From contig OX597832.1 in assembly GCA_951406725.2 (NCBI GenBank), forward strand, positions 13,640,001 to 13,704,000: a stretch of DNA of 64,000 nucleotides. The letters run 5' to 3'. Both the position numbers and the translations under genes were made by a program. Source of the stretch: Octopus vulgaris. Its lineage: Eukaryota. Below the pieces are notes generated by a model. It did no database searches, was not told the origin of the DNA, and saw only the letters and a program-made list of their open reading frames with translations. Shown piece after piece: positions 36,400 to 49,585 of the stretch (within the stretch, counting starts at the first letter, position 1; every line of letters begins with the position of its first letter).

Positions 36400-38715
36400 T
36401 ATACATTATATTTTTAGCTACAAAAACATTTATTGAGTTGAGGGAAAGTTATGGACCAGAGCTGATACCCCTAATAATTTCGATATTCCTATGGGCTCAA
36501 GTGATTCGGCTGAGGTAACCAACTTAGTCGGAGCATATCTAATGAAATGCATAAAAAAGAAGATCCCTGAATTGCAAGGTGGTTTATATAGAGATGATGC
36601 TTTGTTTGTTGTCCATACCAATAATAAATCACACATAGAAAGAATCAAAAAGAAAATTAATAGGTTTTTTAAAGATTTCAACCTTAGCATAACATGTGAA
36701 CCAGGCATTAAAACAGCTAATTTTCTAGATATTACTTTAGACCTTAACTCCAAACTACATTATCCATTTAGAAAAGAAGGTGAAATCACTAGTTACGTAA
36801 GTAAATTATCTAATCGTCCCCCAAATATAATTAATTCCTTAGTTAGAAGTATTTCCATGAGAATATCCAAATTATCGTCTAATTTTGATATATTTAACTC
36901 ACACTCAAGACATTACAATGAGGCGTTATCTAGAGCAGGATATAACCAAAAAATTACATTTATTGATATAGAAAACTTAAACTCATAATAATTTAAATAA
37001 TTTAAATATCAATAACCACATAAACAACAAAAACGATCAAGCCGAAAAGATACGTAGAGGTAGATTTAATACAACATCTAATCGTAATGATAATAAGTAC
37101 AAAGATAAATACATAGACCATAACATAGATAGCCCTGATAAGACAATCTTAGATAAAATTAAGAAACATACAATTAGTAACGTAGACAACAATAATGACC
37201 AAGCCAGAAATGATAGTAGAAATAGATTTACAACGGCAAAGTAGCCTAATGATATTAAGAACATTAATAAAAACATAGTAGTGAACACTTGTAATAAGGA
37301 TAAAATAAACTTGGATAAAACTAATAAACATGCAAATAGGAACATTAATAAATACAAAGAATCTGATGATAGTAGGAACAATTCTAACAACCCTAACTCT
37401 AGTGGGAACAATTCTAACAGCCGTAACTCTAATTCTAAGAAATTTAATAAGAAAGACATAATATGGCTAAACATCCCATTTAACTGTGCGGTTTCATCAG
37501 ATATTCAGAGTAGATTCAAAACAATTCTTGAAAAAATTTCCCATCCTCTCATAGATATCATAAAATTATTTCTAAGAAAACAGTCATAATTTCTTATTCA
37601 ACCCTCCCAAATATGTCCACTTTAATAGCTAAGATCAATAATAACAACATAAAACTAGCCAGAAAAAAATTAAACAATAACAATAAAAATACAATTGAAA
37701 ATTGTAATAACATTACTGAAAGTAATAATTGCAACAATGATAATAAGGAATGTCATATAATAAATATAACCAATAGCTATAGAATTGTTAACAATAATAA
37801 TAACATAAATAGGAATGATTATGTTAATAATAGGAATAATACCAGGAATGTAAGTACAGTGAATGGGGACAACAATGTTATCAGCAACAACACTACACAT
37901 TTAGAAAACAATACCGACAACAATACTAACAGCATCAACAATATCAATGATGATAGTAGGGTTATAGAACCAAATGATAGTGTAGGAATACCGATAAATG
38001 ATAATACTACTTTAGGTAATAACATTAACTACAATAATGATAACAGTATTTTAGATAACAGCACCAATAATATTAATAATGAAAGTAGGGCTTTAGAGCC
38101 AAATGAAAATGTAAGAATACCAATAAATGATAATACTACTTTAGATAATAATATTAACTACAATAATGATAACATTATTTTAGATAGCAGCAATAACCAA
38201 AATCATGATAAATATACCCGCACTGCTTCGAGCAACAGTAGTATGAGACATCTATCCTCATGTTATTCTACTTCAAATTATAATTCCCCTAGATGTAACT
38301 GCAGAATTAAATCAAAATGCCCGGCACCTGGTTTATGCGGGTTAAATAACATAATCTACAAATGTTCCATAACCACAGATAATAATAAATTCACTTATGT
38401 TGGATGTACTGTAAGTTTTAAGAAAAGATTGAATAATCATCTATCCTCCTTCAGATTACGTCATAAAGCTGATAGTACCACTCTTTCTAGTAAAATTTGG
38501 GAACTAAAAACAATAATATCAAATATAACCTTAATTGGGAATTAGTCAGAAGAGCAATACCCTGTAAAAATAGCAGAGTAGGTTGTCAACTTTGCTCCAT
38601 GGAAACATTTGAAATACTAATGTATAGAAAAAATAGGGAAATTTCACTGAACAGCAGAATTGAACTAGGAAATCTTGTATACACGCTCGAACTAAGACTC
38701 TTAAATATTTTAAAT
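36400..38715 (+). pseudogene. Frameshifted Penelope RT + GIY-YIG endonuclease ORF
   Basis: RT motifs FDIPMGSSDSAEVTNLVG, GLYRDD, NFLDITLDL, YPFRK..YVSKLSNRPP; linker IIWLNIPF; CNCR..CP..GLC knuckle; NIIYKC..YVGCT..FKKRLNNH..SF..TLSSKIWELK; CQLC..E..LNSRIE. Spread over 4 ORFs in different frames. Confidence 0.9.
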
Positions 38716-39048
38716 GATATTTTAATTGACAACTGTATATTAAAATCACTTTGTATAAAATCACTTTGATTTATACTTTACTCCTACATAGTATATTATA
38801 TATTTAACTAGACATATACGATCTAACTAGCTATGATTATATTCTCTCTCTAACTGTACTATTTAATACTTATTGATTTACGTTATTTGATTTATTTCTA
38901 TTAGACTATATAGATAATTTAAATTTTGCTCTATTTTTATCTCTATTTCTTAGTCTATTTCACTTTAACCTACCTATAAAAAATTAGTTAGTTAAACTTC
39001 TTAGTTTCTTTTACACTAATAATTAATTCTGCTAATCCCAAACCTATT

Positions 39049-39118
39049 GTAATATAATATAATATAATATAATATAATATAATATAATATAATATAATAT
39101 AATATAATAATAATATAA
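39049..39118. repeat. (TAATA)n microsatellite
   Basis: Directly visible. Confidence 0.95.
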
Positions 39119-39660
39119 TTGTTTGGTTTCATTAGAAAACAACTCCTTTTTTTTCTTTCCTTTCTACTGACCTCTCATTGTAACCTGACAATCTATTAAT
39201 AGTAACATTTATAAATAAAGAAATAAACTAGTTGACCTCAGTTCGAATTTTGCACCAAATAAGCTTAGATGTTTCTTATAGTATCAACTTGTGTCCCTCC
39301 CATTAGCTTCCCGTTCCCTTCTCTTTGATAGCATTTAATAGCAGTAACTGACTAAATTCTACTTCCTTCCTCTTCTCTCTGTGATTCTTGTAAATTTCAA
39401 TAACAATCTGTTCCTCTACACGATATGACAGTCACTTTGCTTCTTTTTCGGATTCTCAGAAATTTCGCATGACTGTATCCGAAATTTCTTCACATAACTT
39501 GATTAACAATTCACTATGAGCTATATATAGACATGCACAAATTCTGTAAGTTCAAGACCTTTCATGGGATCTCCAGGAATCAAACTTTCTTCAATGCAGT
39601 TAAACTTACACCCTCATTTGTATCTACTCCTTTTGATGTTTGGGAATATCTGATGTTTTT

Positions 39661-39744
39661 TCGGCCGATGAGTACGAGCCATCTATATTTACTGCATTTT
39701 TTGTAGCTTATTAAAGATGTCCTCGTACGAAACAATTGTACCGA
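39661..39744 (+). ncRNA. Type I hammerhead ribozyme fold (U4C variant, long stem II)
   Basis: UCGG-CCGAUGA-GUACGAG...CUCGUAC-GAAA-CAAUUG-UA-CCGA: stem I UCGG/CCGA, 7-bp perfect stem II base, palindromic stem III, GUA triplet (cleavage after 39740). Confidence 0.8.
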
Positions 39745-41235
39745 TATTTTAATCCATTCTTGTTACTTTTTTCCTATTTGTAATCACCCCACTTGTCGTA
39801 TGGTTAACACCATATAGATTTCTGGTGCATCCTAGTTAAGGACCATATTCATGTGAATTCATTAGAATTCACTTGAATCTCAATTACTTAAACCTATATA
39901 TATATATATATTTATATGTATATATGTATATTTCTCTGTATTGCAGTGCCTGTGTACATGTAGATATGTGTGCAACAAGGCACGCGTGTGTCTACGTGTA
40001 AACAAAAATGTTATGATTTGTGAATATTTTAGAAATATAACTATCTATCATAATCTCATATAATTGAAATTTATTTCGTACCCTACAATAAGTGCGTTCG
40101 TACATGACAAGTTCCCACTTTTATATGTATATAATATAGCCGCGAAAATTGATTAATATTCCATAATACTGTAAATGTATGAAAGTTGCAATAGAATGCT
40201 TCGATGGTGGAGTTGTTTGACTTCACCTCACTCCTTTTCCTCATAAAACTGCCCATGAAATAAATAAGATTTGTTTTTCTAATATTCCCAGAACTGAAAT
40301 ACTATTCAGAATTCGTTCTCAAAATTTGAATTAAAGTAATTTGCTGATATAATAAAGCGTAATCTATTCGGAAGCTTATATAAATGTAGACGCTAAGATT
40401 TCATTATTTAAATATATGCTGTATTAAGCCAGTGTAAATGGCTTGTGTGCATACAGTTTAGTAATAATTTCTTATAGCAGAATGCTCACAATGAGAGATA
40501 AAATTTTGGAAATTATGTTCCTTTTATTGTTCTTGTATATCTTACTTTAAAATTAATCTTACACTGTAGTTCTTTATTTGAATAATTACCTGTCTTCTGC
40601 GAAATAACTTTGGCGAAACAATTTTTGCCATTCAATTGTGTGTTTAGATTTCGTTTAATGAATTCGTTAATAACTCGCACTTTTATCTCCACCGTATGAA
40701 TTACCATCGTTGGTATCATCATAATTGCCGTCGCCAACATAACCATGATCATCACGGCGATCATTATCATTGTCAGTATCAAAATCATCATAATCTTCTT
40801 TGCTATCCGAAGCAACAGCATCATCTTTTGAAAAGAGTTTCACTTGACGCTGAGAAAATATGTAACCTCAATGTCAGTGATGGTTGTGAATAGCACTAGC
40901 TTTATTTGTTGCCGAGAATTCATATATTGTTGAAATCTATTAGTTCCCCCAATATATCACATTAGATACAACGTTCGACATAGAAGCAGAGAAAATATTA
41001 AATACATAGAATATTTCAATATTTAGTTTATTTCCCAAAATAATCTGGACTAGCAAGAAGTGGAAAGTGTTCAGTATTTGAGTCCGGAAATTGAAACTGC
41101 TTTCAAATCGTGCTTCCCTCTAAGTTTGCATTTCATTATTCTAGAGTTAAAAAACTACATGCACTAATCGAATACCAATGTGAGCATATTCAGCATTCGC
41201 TACAACTGAAACCTTTTTCGTATCTTAGTATTTAA

Positions 41236-42082
41236 CCCGTTAATGGATGAATTATTTTGACATGGCGTTTCTTTTCAGAGCATATTTTTATTTCCTTTTT
41301 TTAATTATAATCACTGTGTTAATTACCAAAAAAGTTTTTTTATCTTGTTTCCTTAATTTTTTTATCATAGAAAATAAAATGTACTTTTACTCATTTGGAT
41401 TTAAACGAGTTAACTCAGACATTAGAGAAGATACATCTAACTTAACTATCTTCGATTTTTTATAAGATTCATTGATTTTAAGTCAGAGGAATTTTTTTTT
41501 AATGAGATAGACAGTTTATTTAGAATGATAATTTTTAAAACAAGGAGTTACACACAAAGTTATCTTGCAGACATTACACATGTATCTGTTTTCTATTCGA
41601 ATCTTCTTTCCTTTAGCGTCTCTCTTCTCTGCGCATTTTGCACACTGTCTTGTAGGGTTCTTTTTCTTATCACTTTGTGTTATTTCCATGGGAAAGTGAC
41701 CAGCTGAGGCAAATCTTGTTGGATGTGGCATCGATGATGGTCTTCCTGGTTTCGTGGGAGGCAATAATGGCCTATATTTTTCAATAATCATGATGATTAT
41801 TTGCATTCTAAATTTCAGTGGTTTCATAGCAGAAGCTGATGTTTCTAAAGATGCTTTATAGAAAACATAAGCATTCCACATGGCCAAATCAATCAAATGA
41901 AAAAAAAATTTTTTTTTAAACAAAGCCAGTAAATTTGTAATTGCTCAAAAATGAAACGATACAAAACAAATAAATTCGTTTGAGTGCTAACATTTAAAGT
42001 TAATTTTGACCGAGTAACTCGTCTGGTTCTAAAAAGATACATTTGCGATGCACGAATAAACTCGGGATAATCCATTAAAGGG
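41236..42082 (-). mobile_element. Internally deleted piggyBac element (847 bp)
   Basis: TTAA at 41232-41235 and 42083-42086; 13-bp TIRs CCCGTTAATGGAT / ATCCATTAAAGGG (12/13 match); transposase C-terminus inside. Confidence 0.92.
41516..41923 (-). pseudogene. piggyBac transposase C-terminal fragment with cysteine-rich domain
   Basis: KKFFFHLIDLAMWNAYVFY..FRMQII..GRPS..HFP..CAKC..CNVC..LCVTPCFKNYH matches PGBD C-terminal/CRD motifs; DDD catalytic core absent. Confidence 0.9.
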
Positions 42083-43439
42083 TTAAATCTCTTATTGAAA
42101 TGATGCTGAGTCCGTTATTTCTTGCTGTTTATGTACTACTATTTTTGCTTTATTCAAGGAAACAACATTATGCTACATATAGTTTTATTGTCTGCTGTGT
42201 CATATTCACGCAAACTTCTATCATATTCTAAATTGCATTTTAAAGTTATTTATTCAAACGTGAGAAAAAAGTAAAGAAGCAAACTCACACTCTAAAATCT
42301 TTTATTACATTTAAATGTAAATATGTAAAATGTCTAGTAGAATTTGGAATTACATTATGGATCATTATTACACTCGGCTGGGTTTATTCTCAAGAAAAGA
42401 CAGTATTGAAACATTTGAGCTTTCCAGTATAGTATAAATCAGAGCAGGTCGTCATTTATTCTTATACACATTAAAGTATGGAACGGACAGATATTAATGG
42501 CAAATATATTGCTGGTGGAGCGGAATGAATTTTAAACAAAATTATTCACACTACTCTCAATATATTCATATCTTATGCCGTGGAGAACACGTCAGTCTAA
42601 ATTCTTAACTCTAAATCAAGGTTTAGATTTTAGGTTCTTTACCTATTGATTCTTCGTTTTCTGTACTAATGATTGAATAAAACTACTGACAGCAATCGCA
42701 CAATATGCGAGAGTTATGAGAGTAAACGATTGTTGATTTTGACATTAATGTATTCTATGTACTGCGATTAAACTAGATGTATTCTCAATAACTGAATCTC
42801 ATGCATATGCCTACCCTCTTCTCACCTTCCTCATCTTCCTCATTATAGACGCCCACAATTAGGCGGGTTTCCGGCTGGGCACATGGATGTTGTTAGAAGG
42901 CATATTGGACGCTGGACTGAAGAACTATTCAAATTGCTCGAGGTCTAGTTCAATCCCTACCTGCAGGTAGATAAGGTCTGAGTCGAGATGACTAACAGTT
43001 TGGCGAGTTTTAGCCAGAAAAGTCCCTGAAAATTCGAGTAGAGATGGCGAATGCTTTCATCGCCTCGGCCGCCATTGATGGTCTAAGCATCGTGCCCTGT
43101 CTCAGTTACTTCTTGACCATCTTCGAGAATTTCTTATTTAATAATGTGTAATAATAATAAAAACGTATATAATACTTATTATTTACGTCTTTATTATTTA
43201 TTATTATTATTTTTTGTAATTTACTTAATCTTTGACATTTTATTGTTCTTTGAATTTCAATTTTTCTATTAGATGTAATTTTCTAGATGGTGTAATTTAA
43301 TTGTTCATTTTGAATTGATAAAAGGTGGTTCTTTTCTAATTTTATATATATATTATATTGTGTGATATTTGATTTAGCGTTTCTAAATTGAATTCTTTTC
43401 CTTGTAAGTTTTAATTTTATTCCCTCAAATAATAATAAG

Positions 43440-43471
<32 letters not shown>

Positions 43472-43494
43472 TACACATCCATATACATATATCC

Positions 43495-43565
<71 letters not shown>

Positions 43566-44492
43566 CACATTATTTAAAGCTACAAGCTATTGATCTTCAT
43601 CATTAACCTGCACATTAGTAATACCTTGTGACAGCATTTGTTAACTAATCAAACATAATTTTGTGGTAATTATTGCATCGACCCCGTAGATGTATGTGGT
43701 GTCATATGATGTTAGAACAGAAACCATTTCATACAAATGATGGGAAAATCATTCTTTCGGCACTTCTGATTGCGATGAGGCATTTTGGGGGAGGCAAGTA
43801 TATGAACGAGTGCAACTAAAAAATAAGGCTAGGTCTTGAGAAAAATTACGCTCAGTTCGATATACAAACTACGCTTCTTTATTTACAAACAGCGATATTG
43901 CTCTGCGATAAAGAACTGAATGCATATTGTCCAATCCTTCATTTATTTCAAACCACTGAACTATTTCGTCGTGTCAAAATATCATATTTGTTAATGCCAA
44001 GCTGACAGGTGAAACGCAACTTATTTGATAATATTAACCGTCAAGTTTCTTTCATGACAGAATCATTACAGCTACTGACAAACTGCATTGAAATACTTGA
44101 CATGTGGCGTTCAACAAAGTTTTTAAGAAGCGCCTTTGTCATAATCTCATTATTCATGTTAATAGTGCAATGGACAGAAAGATTTTTGGAGTAAAATAGT
44201 ACACGATTTTTTCTATCTTAATATATGCGTCATTCATTCACTCATACAGGGTTTATAAAATATTTACACCTAAATAATGAAAATAGTTTCAATGAGCAGA
44301 GTGCATCTGCGTTACTTTGGACTTTTGTCAAAGTGACAAAATTCTTGCCATAAGGAAAATTAGTGACAGACTAAATGATATACGGGTAATTTAATTTCAG
44401 TACTTTTAAAAACTAATCTCAAATTCCGTTAACACTGCCTTGAACTTTCTTCCCGACGGCAACCAGTTATATAGTAAATTATATAGTAAATA

Positions 44493-44722
44493 AGGCGGCA
44501 AGCTGGCAGAATCGTTAGCACGCCGGGCGAAATGCTTTGCGGTATTTCGTCCGCCGCTGCGTTCTGAGTTCAAATTTCGCCGAGGTCGACTTTGCCTTTC
44601 ATCCTTTCGGGGTCGATAACTTAAGTACCAGTTACACACTGGGGTCGTTGTAATCGACTTAATTCGTTTGTCTATCTTTGTTTGTCCCCTCTATGTTTAG
44701 CCCCTTGTGGGTAATAAGAAAA
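44493..44722 (+). mobile_element. Full-length SINE family B (Nin/Deu-domain-like)
   Basis: aggcggcaagctggcagaatcgttagc head, gagttcaaatttc B box, gtcgactttgcctttcatcctttcggggtcgataa domain; possible TSD tatatagtaa at 44480 and 44725. Confidence 0.92.
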
Positions 44723-44989
44723 CATATATAGTAACGAAGCATGAATTTTCTCCTCAATGCTTATTCCATGGCGATAAGATAAATATTATGTGGGCAGCGA
44801 ATATGGAGAATTTCAACCAGATACCATCAAATCTTATCTCACATATTAAAAAATAAAACATATAATAGGTATATATAGAAAATATAGTTCTAGGAAATTG
44901 GCAAAATCCGAAGTATCATAACAATTACTACACAAAATTGAACATACTCGCAAACACACGCACACAAACACAAGCTCGTGTCCAGGTAC

Positions 44990-45373
44990 GGAAGCACTCC
45001 GTCGGTTACGACGACGAGGGTTCCGGTTGATCCGAATCAACGGAACAGCCTGCTCGTGAAATTAATGTGTAAGTGGCTGAGCACTCGACAGACTCGTGTA
45101 CCCATAACGTAGTTCTCAGGGATATTCAGCGTGACACAGAGAGTGACAAGGCCGGCCCTTTGAAATACAGGTACAACAGAACCAGGAAGTAAGAGTGAGA
45201 GGAGGTTGTGGTGAAAGAGTACAGCAGGGAGCACCACCATCCCCTGCCGGAGCCTCGTGGAGCTTTAGGTGTTTTCGCTCAATAAACACTAACAACGCCC
45301 GGTCTGGGAATCGAAACCGCGATACTATGACCGCGAGTCCGCTGCCCTAACCACTGGGCCATTGCGCCTCCAC
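44990..45373 (-). mobile_element. Full-length SINE family A, tail type A, with 9-bp TSD
   Basis: Near-identical to 9857-10241; TSD gtccaggta at 44980-44988 and 45374-45382. Confidence 0.93.
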
Positions 45374-46159
45374 GTCCAGGTATACACACAAACATACACA
45401 CACACACATGCATCCGTGTGTGTGGGGGGTGTACGTGTATGTGATGTGCTTAATCAAAACAAAGATCACTCAACAATATGTATGTAGCGAACTGCAAGGA
45501 ACATTTGTTTTTATAAAAGAGAATAGCTACATATCCGACATTCATGTATAAGCGATTCATGTACACAAGGTAAGCGCACACGATATATCTGATGATTGTC
45601 GAAGGTTGCCTTTTACACGAAATTCAGAATCAAATAATAAAACTGCACGGGTTCGAAAATATATCATGAAGGTTGCGGCTTTAAATAAGACAAGTACAAC
45701 TCGTAATTCAAATTAAATATGCATATTTTTGTTTGGTAACATTCTCTGTATAATGCATTTACTGTAAAAAATACCTACATATTTTCTTAAATATTGTTAT
45801 ACTCTCAGTGTGATAAAATAAACAGGATTTAATTTTGTTGTGTTGTAACAGGAAAAGCAAAAACATTCGAACTCTATAGCAAGAAATTCAGTTATACATG
45901 TGTATATATATTAATATATTATATAATTTCATATAGAATATATATATTTATTTTTACTAAAAATATTTAACTATAACAATGTAAATATAGATTTTCTTTA
46001 TCCATCTTGGAACGTTGAAAAGGATTATCGTTTACGGCCGCAGTCGAGCAGACAATATAACACACTGCAACAAAACAATGCAATGTATTTCGTAATTGTT
46101 TACTCAACGTCGACACATAGTGCCAAAATATGTGTTTTGAATTTTGGCAGAACGCCAAC

Positions 46160-46345
46160 TATTTTGGGGAGGGTTAAATCATTTGGATTGACCTCAAAAT
46201 TCAACTGGTACTTATATTATCGAGCGTAATAGTAAGAAAAGTAAGTCGGTCACGACGGTATTTGAACTCAGAAGAGAAACTGGGAAAACATGTAAATAAA
46301 GCATTTCATCGGGCATGCCCATGATTCTGCCATCTCACTGCCTTA
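46160..46345 (-). mobile_element. Decayed SINE family B copy
   Basis: caactggtacttatattatcga...tttgaactcagaa...gattctgccatctcactgcctt. Confidence 0.65.
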
Positions 46346-46479
46346 AAAAGAGGGCCAAGATATTGAACTGAAATCTTAAATTTCCTCTTCAATCGAAGCA
46401 GCTGGCTATTGAATGTTCAAATATAACATTTTTCGTCTTTGTTATAGCAGAATACATCATACTATGTAATAAAAAATAA

Positions 46480-46712
46480 ATGTGCCCTTTTAAAGCCTAG
46501 CCAGGTTCATGGGCCCGGTTTCCTGGTTTCAATGGCGTATGTGTTCTCCAGTCCATTGCAGCGTTACTCATTTTTGCTAGCTGAGTGGACTGGAGCAACG
46601 TGAAATGACGTGTTTTGCTGAGGAACACAACGCGTCGCCCAGCCCAGGAATCGAAACCACAATGTTACGATCATGATGCTGACACCTTAAACACTAAGAC
46701 ACAGGTCTCCAC
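46480..46712 (-). mobile_element. tRNA-derived SINE family C (CORE-like body) with tail type C
   Basis: Minus-strand B box ggtttcgattcc; plus-strand gtgaaatgacgtgttttgctgaggaacacaac resembles the MIR/CORE motif; tail matches 6201-6310. Confidence 0.8.
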
Positions 46713-47131
46713 GTCATGCTATTATCGCCTAATATTTAAACAGATATTTTGGCAAACTCAACGTGGCGTGCTTGATCCCACTGCTATTGAACTGACTTAT
46801 CAGTTTATAGCCTAAGGGCGACCAGAATTTCTGAATAAAACACAATAGACGGAAATGCTTTAGAAAATTGAAGATTGTTTTGCAATTGCAATTCGAAATA
46901 CAACCTTGCCATGCACATGGATTCTACCATAATATTGCAGGAAATAGGACACATATTTGTGCAATGCTCTGGCAATTATTTTTCAATTCAATGAAATGTC
47001 ATCGACTATATACATCCGTACAAGACGAGTAGAATCAGCAGCGTTACGGCATAAAACGCCATCAGACTTTCAGTTATATTTATTCAGGACGTTTGCTCGA
47101 ATCTCTGAACCATCACTTCAGTTGTGAGATG

Positions 47132-47296
47132 TTAGAAATAGCAACGAAATTTCCATTTATTACCACTAGAATTTCTTGAATGAAATTGGGAATTCAACGG
47201 AGAATGTTGTGCTAGCACTGATCCTGGCAACATATTCAGCTGAACAGAGTTGCTATGACATTCATCATCTGTGTTTTCTATCACAACTCTTTCGTA
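47132..47296 (-). CDS. Candidate exon: YERVVIENTDDECHSNSVQLNMLPGSVLAQHSPLNSQFHSRNSSGNKWKFRCYF*
   Basis: Branch-point ctaac plus ttttacag acceptor; only phase 0 stays open for more than a few codons; non-repetitive sequence; no recognisable domain. Confidence 0.3.
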   Translation of the reverse strand, partial: YERVVIENTDDECHSNSVQLNMLPGSVLAQHSPLNSQFHSRNSSGNKWKFRCYF

Positions 47297-48142
47297 CTGT
47301 AAAAGCGGCAACGTTAGAATTCCTCTGTCTGCCTCAGTGTATGGAGTATACACAGACAAAATATTGCTTTAAAAACAGTTTAGTCAAAACTGCAATGCAC
47401 GTTTTCATATAGATTTCAGTCTGTGTTAGTATAATTGAAGTCTAATAATTGGAACTAATAGACATGTTTCCCTAAAACTTTTCGTATTAAATGCTGGCGT
47501 GTTCGTCATAAGATTTAATCATTCTTGGTCAATAAATTAAATACCAGTAAAGCAATGGTGTCGGTCTAATCGATTAACCCATCCTGTTCAATTAGACCTT
47601 ATTATCTTGGGCTGTGTTTTGTTTGAATCTATTGATCATGATTTTAACAAAGAAATAGAACATGTGCAGCTTAAATTGCTTGTTAGTTATTCCTACAGTA
47701 TTAAAAGCAGTCGAACGTGATATAACGATTGGAGTTACTTATTTTATAAACAACTACAACACAACAAAACATCAAATCTAAGGTTGTATTGAATATTTAC
47801 CGTTTTTCCTGAATCAACTTATCGGATTCAATAAATGATTTCTTTACAAATTCCAGTGTAGCGCAACAAGACTGTGCCAATTGAAATGGTTCCAGAATAT
47901 ATCATTAGAAAAACGTCAGAAGTAACAAGAAGAGAACATTTCAAATGACAGCCAGACTGCAGTAATAAAATTTGGAAATAAATCTTCAATAAAACTAGTA
48001 TATGATAGAAACCATACATACATATATGTATAAGCATTAAATATACTGACACAGTATCAAATATAGCATGCATATTTATATATATATATATATATCGTAA
48101 ATACATATATATAATGTTCATATAGATATGTATAACTATACG

Positions 48143-48178
<36 letters not shown>

Positions 48179-49189
48179 CATGTATTTATAGATATGTAAA
48201 ATCTATCGATATAATAAGGAATAGAGTCTTTGTCTGTGCTTATGAAGGCACATATATTGATATACATCAGTCAAAGAATCTATAAATATATAAATGTATA
48301 AATGTATATTTGTGTCTATGTGAGCATGAGACAGCTGAAATGGTCCGAGTCATGAAAATATTAAAAGCAAATGCACGTAAATTAAGAGAATATTCTTTCT
48401 GATATTTTCTGTATGTATGTAAGTATGTGTGTATATATATATATATATACATGTAGTATGCATATGATTATACACAATCACTTATATACAATATATATAT
48501 ATATTAATGAATACATACATACATATATGTTTGTGTGCGTATGAATATAGATGTATGTAGGCATATGTATGTATTTATCTCTCAGAATATCTATGTGCGT
48601 GTGTATATGTGCATAATACAAAGAGGAGAAAGTGTGTGGTAACGAGAAACAAGATAAATATTTCGATATAATTGTATATTTGCTATCATATCTGCAGCTA
48701 AATTCGGTGGATGAACTTACTAATACCGTTATATATTAATATTATCTCCGAATGATTATCCATCCAATACACACACCGAAATCTTTTTCATATTTCGTAC
48801 TTCGGTGCAATCGCACTTGCATATACTAAAGCATGCACATACACGTATGTATGTATATACAATAAATACAAATTTGCATAATTGTAGCTATATTTTATTA
48901 AAGATAAGCATATATTCCCCTTAAGAACTCACCATATAGACAGATTTATACATACCGATATATTTGTTGCCAATGAATTCATATATTCCTTCACCTCTCT
49001 AGCTTTCGTTTAGATAGATATACATTAATAGATGCATACACACATATGCATTCACATATACATACTTATATATCTATGTATGTTTCTATATATACATGTA
49101 CACACACGCTCATATATCTGTGTGTTTGTGTGTATAACGCATAGTAGATAGTTTTATTGGTGTAGGCATCGTTATTTATTTATGCTTCA

Positions 49190-49244
<55 letters not shown>

Positions 49245-49519
49245 CGGATGTGAAAACAGAAATTCTGACATTCCAATGTGTAATATCAGTAGTATAGAAA
49301 TATACAGATGTATTTTATTATATTTAATCCATATTTAATAACTGAAAATGAGACATATTGGCATCTGGACACAAGAGTCTTTTTAATATTAAATTATAAA
49401 AATTTCAATATAAAAAAAAATATGCAATACATAGACGTGATTCTGATTTGAAATATATATGTATATATGTATATATGTATATATGTATATATGTATATAT
49501 GTGTATATATGTATATATG

Positions 49520-49585
<66 letters not shown>

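Larger units (their letters stand above)
36400..39895 (+). mobile_element. 5'-truncated Penelope-like retroelement (Naiad-like) with 3' UTR/pLTR
   Basis: RT and GIY-YIG coding remnants 36400-38715, AT-rich 3' region with (TAATA)n, hammerhead at 39661-39744; bounded by (GA)n and (TA)n. Confidence 0.85.

Noticed and set aside
38290-38700. Selenoprotein-type Naiad element (UGA at conserved Cys)
   Set aside because: All the conserved Cys positions I can read use TGT/TGC; no in-frame TGA.
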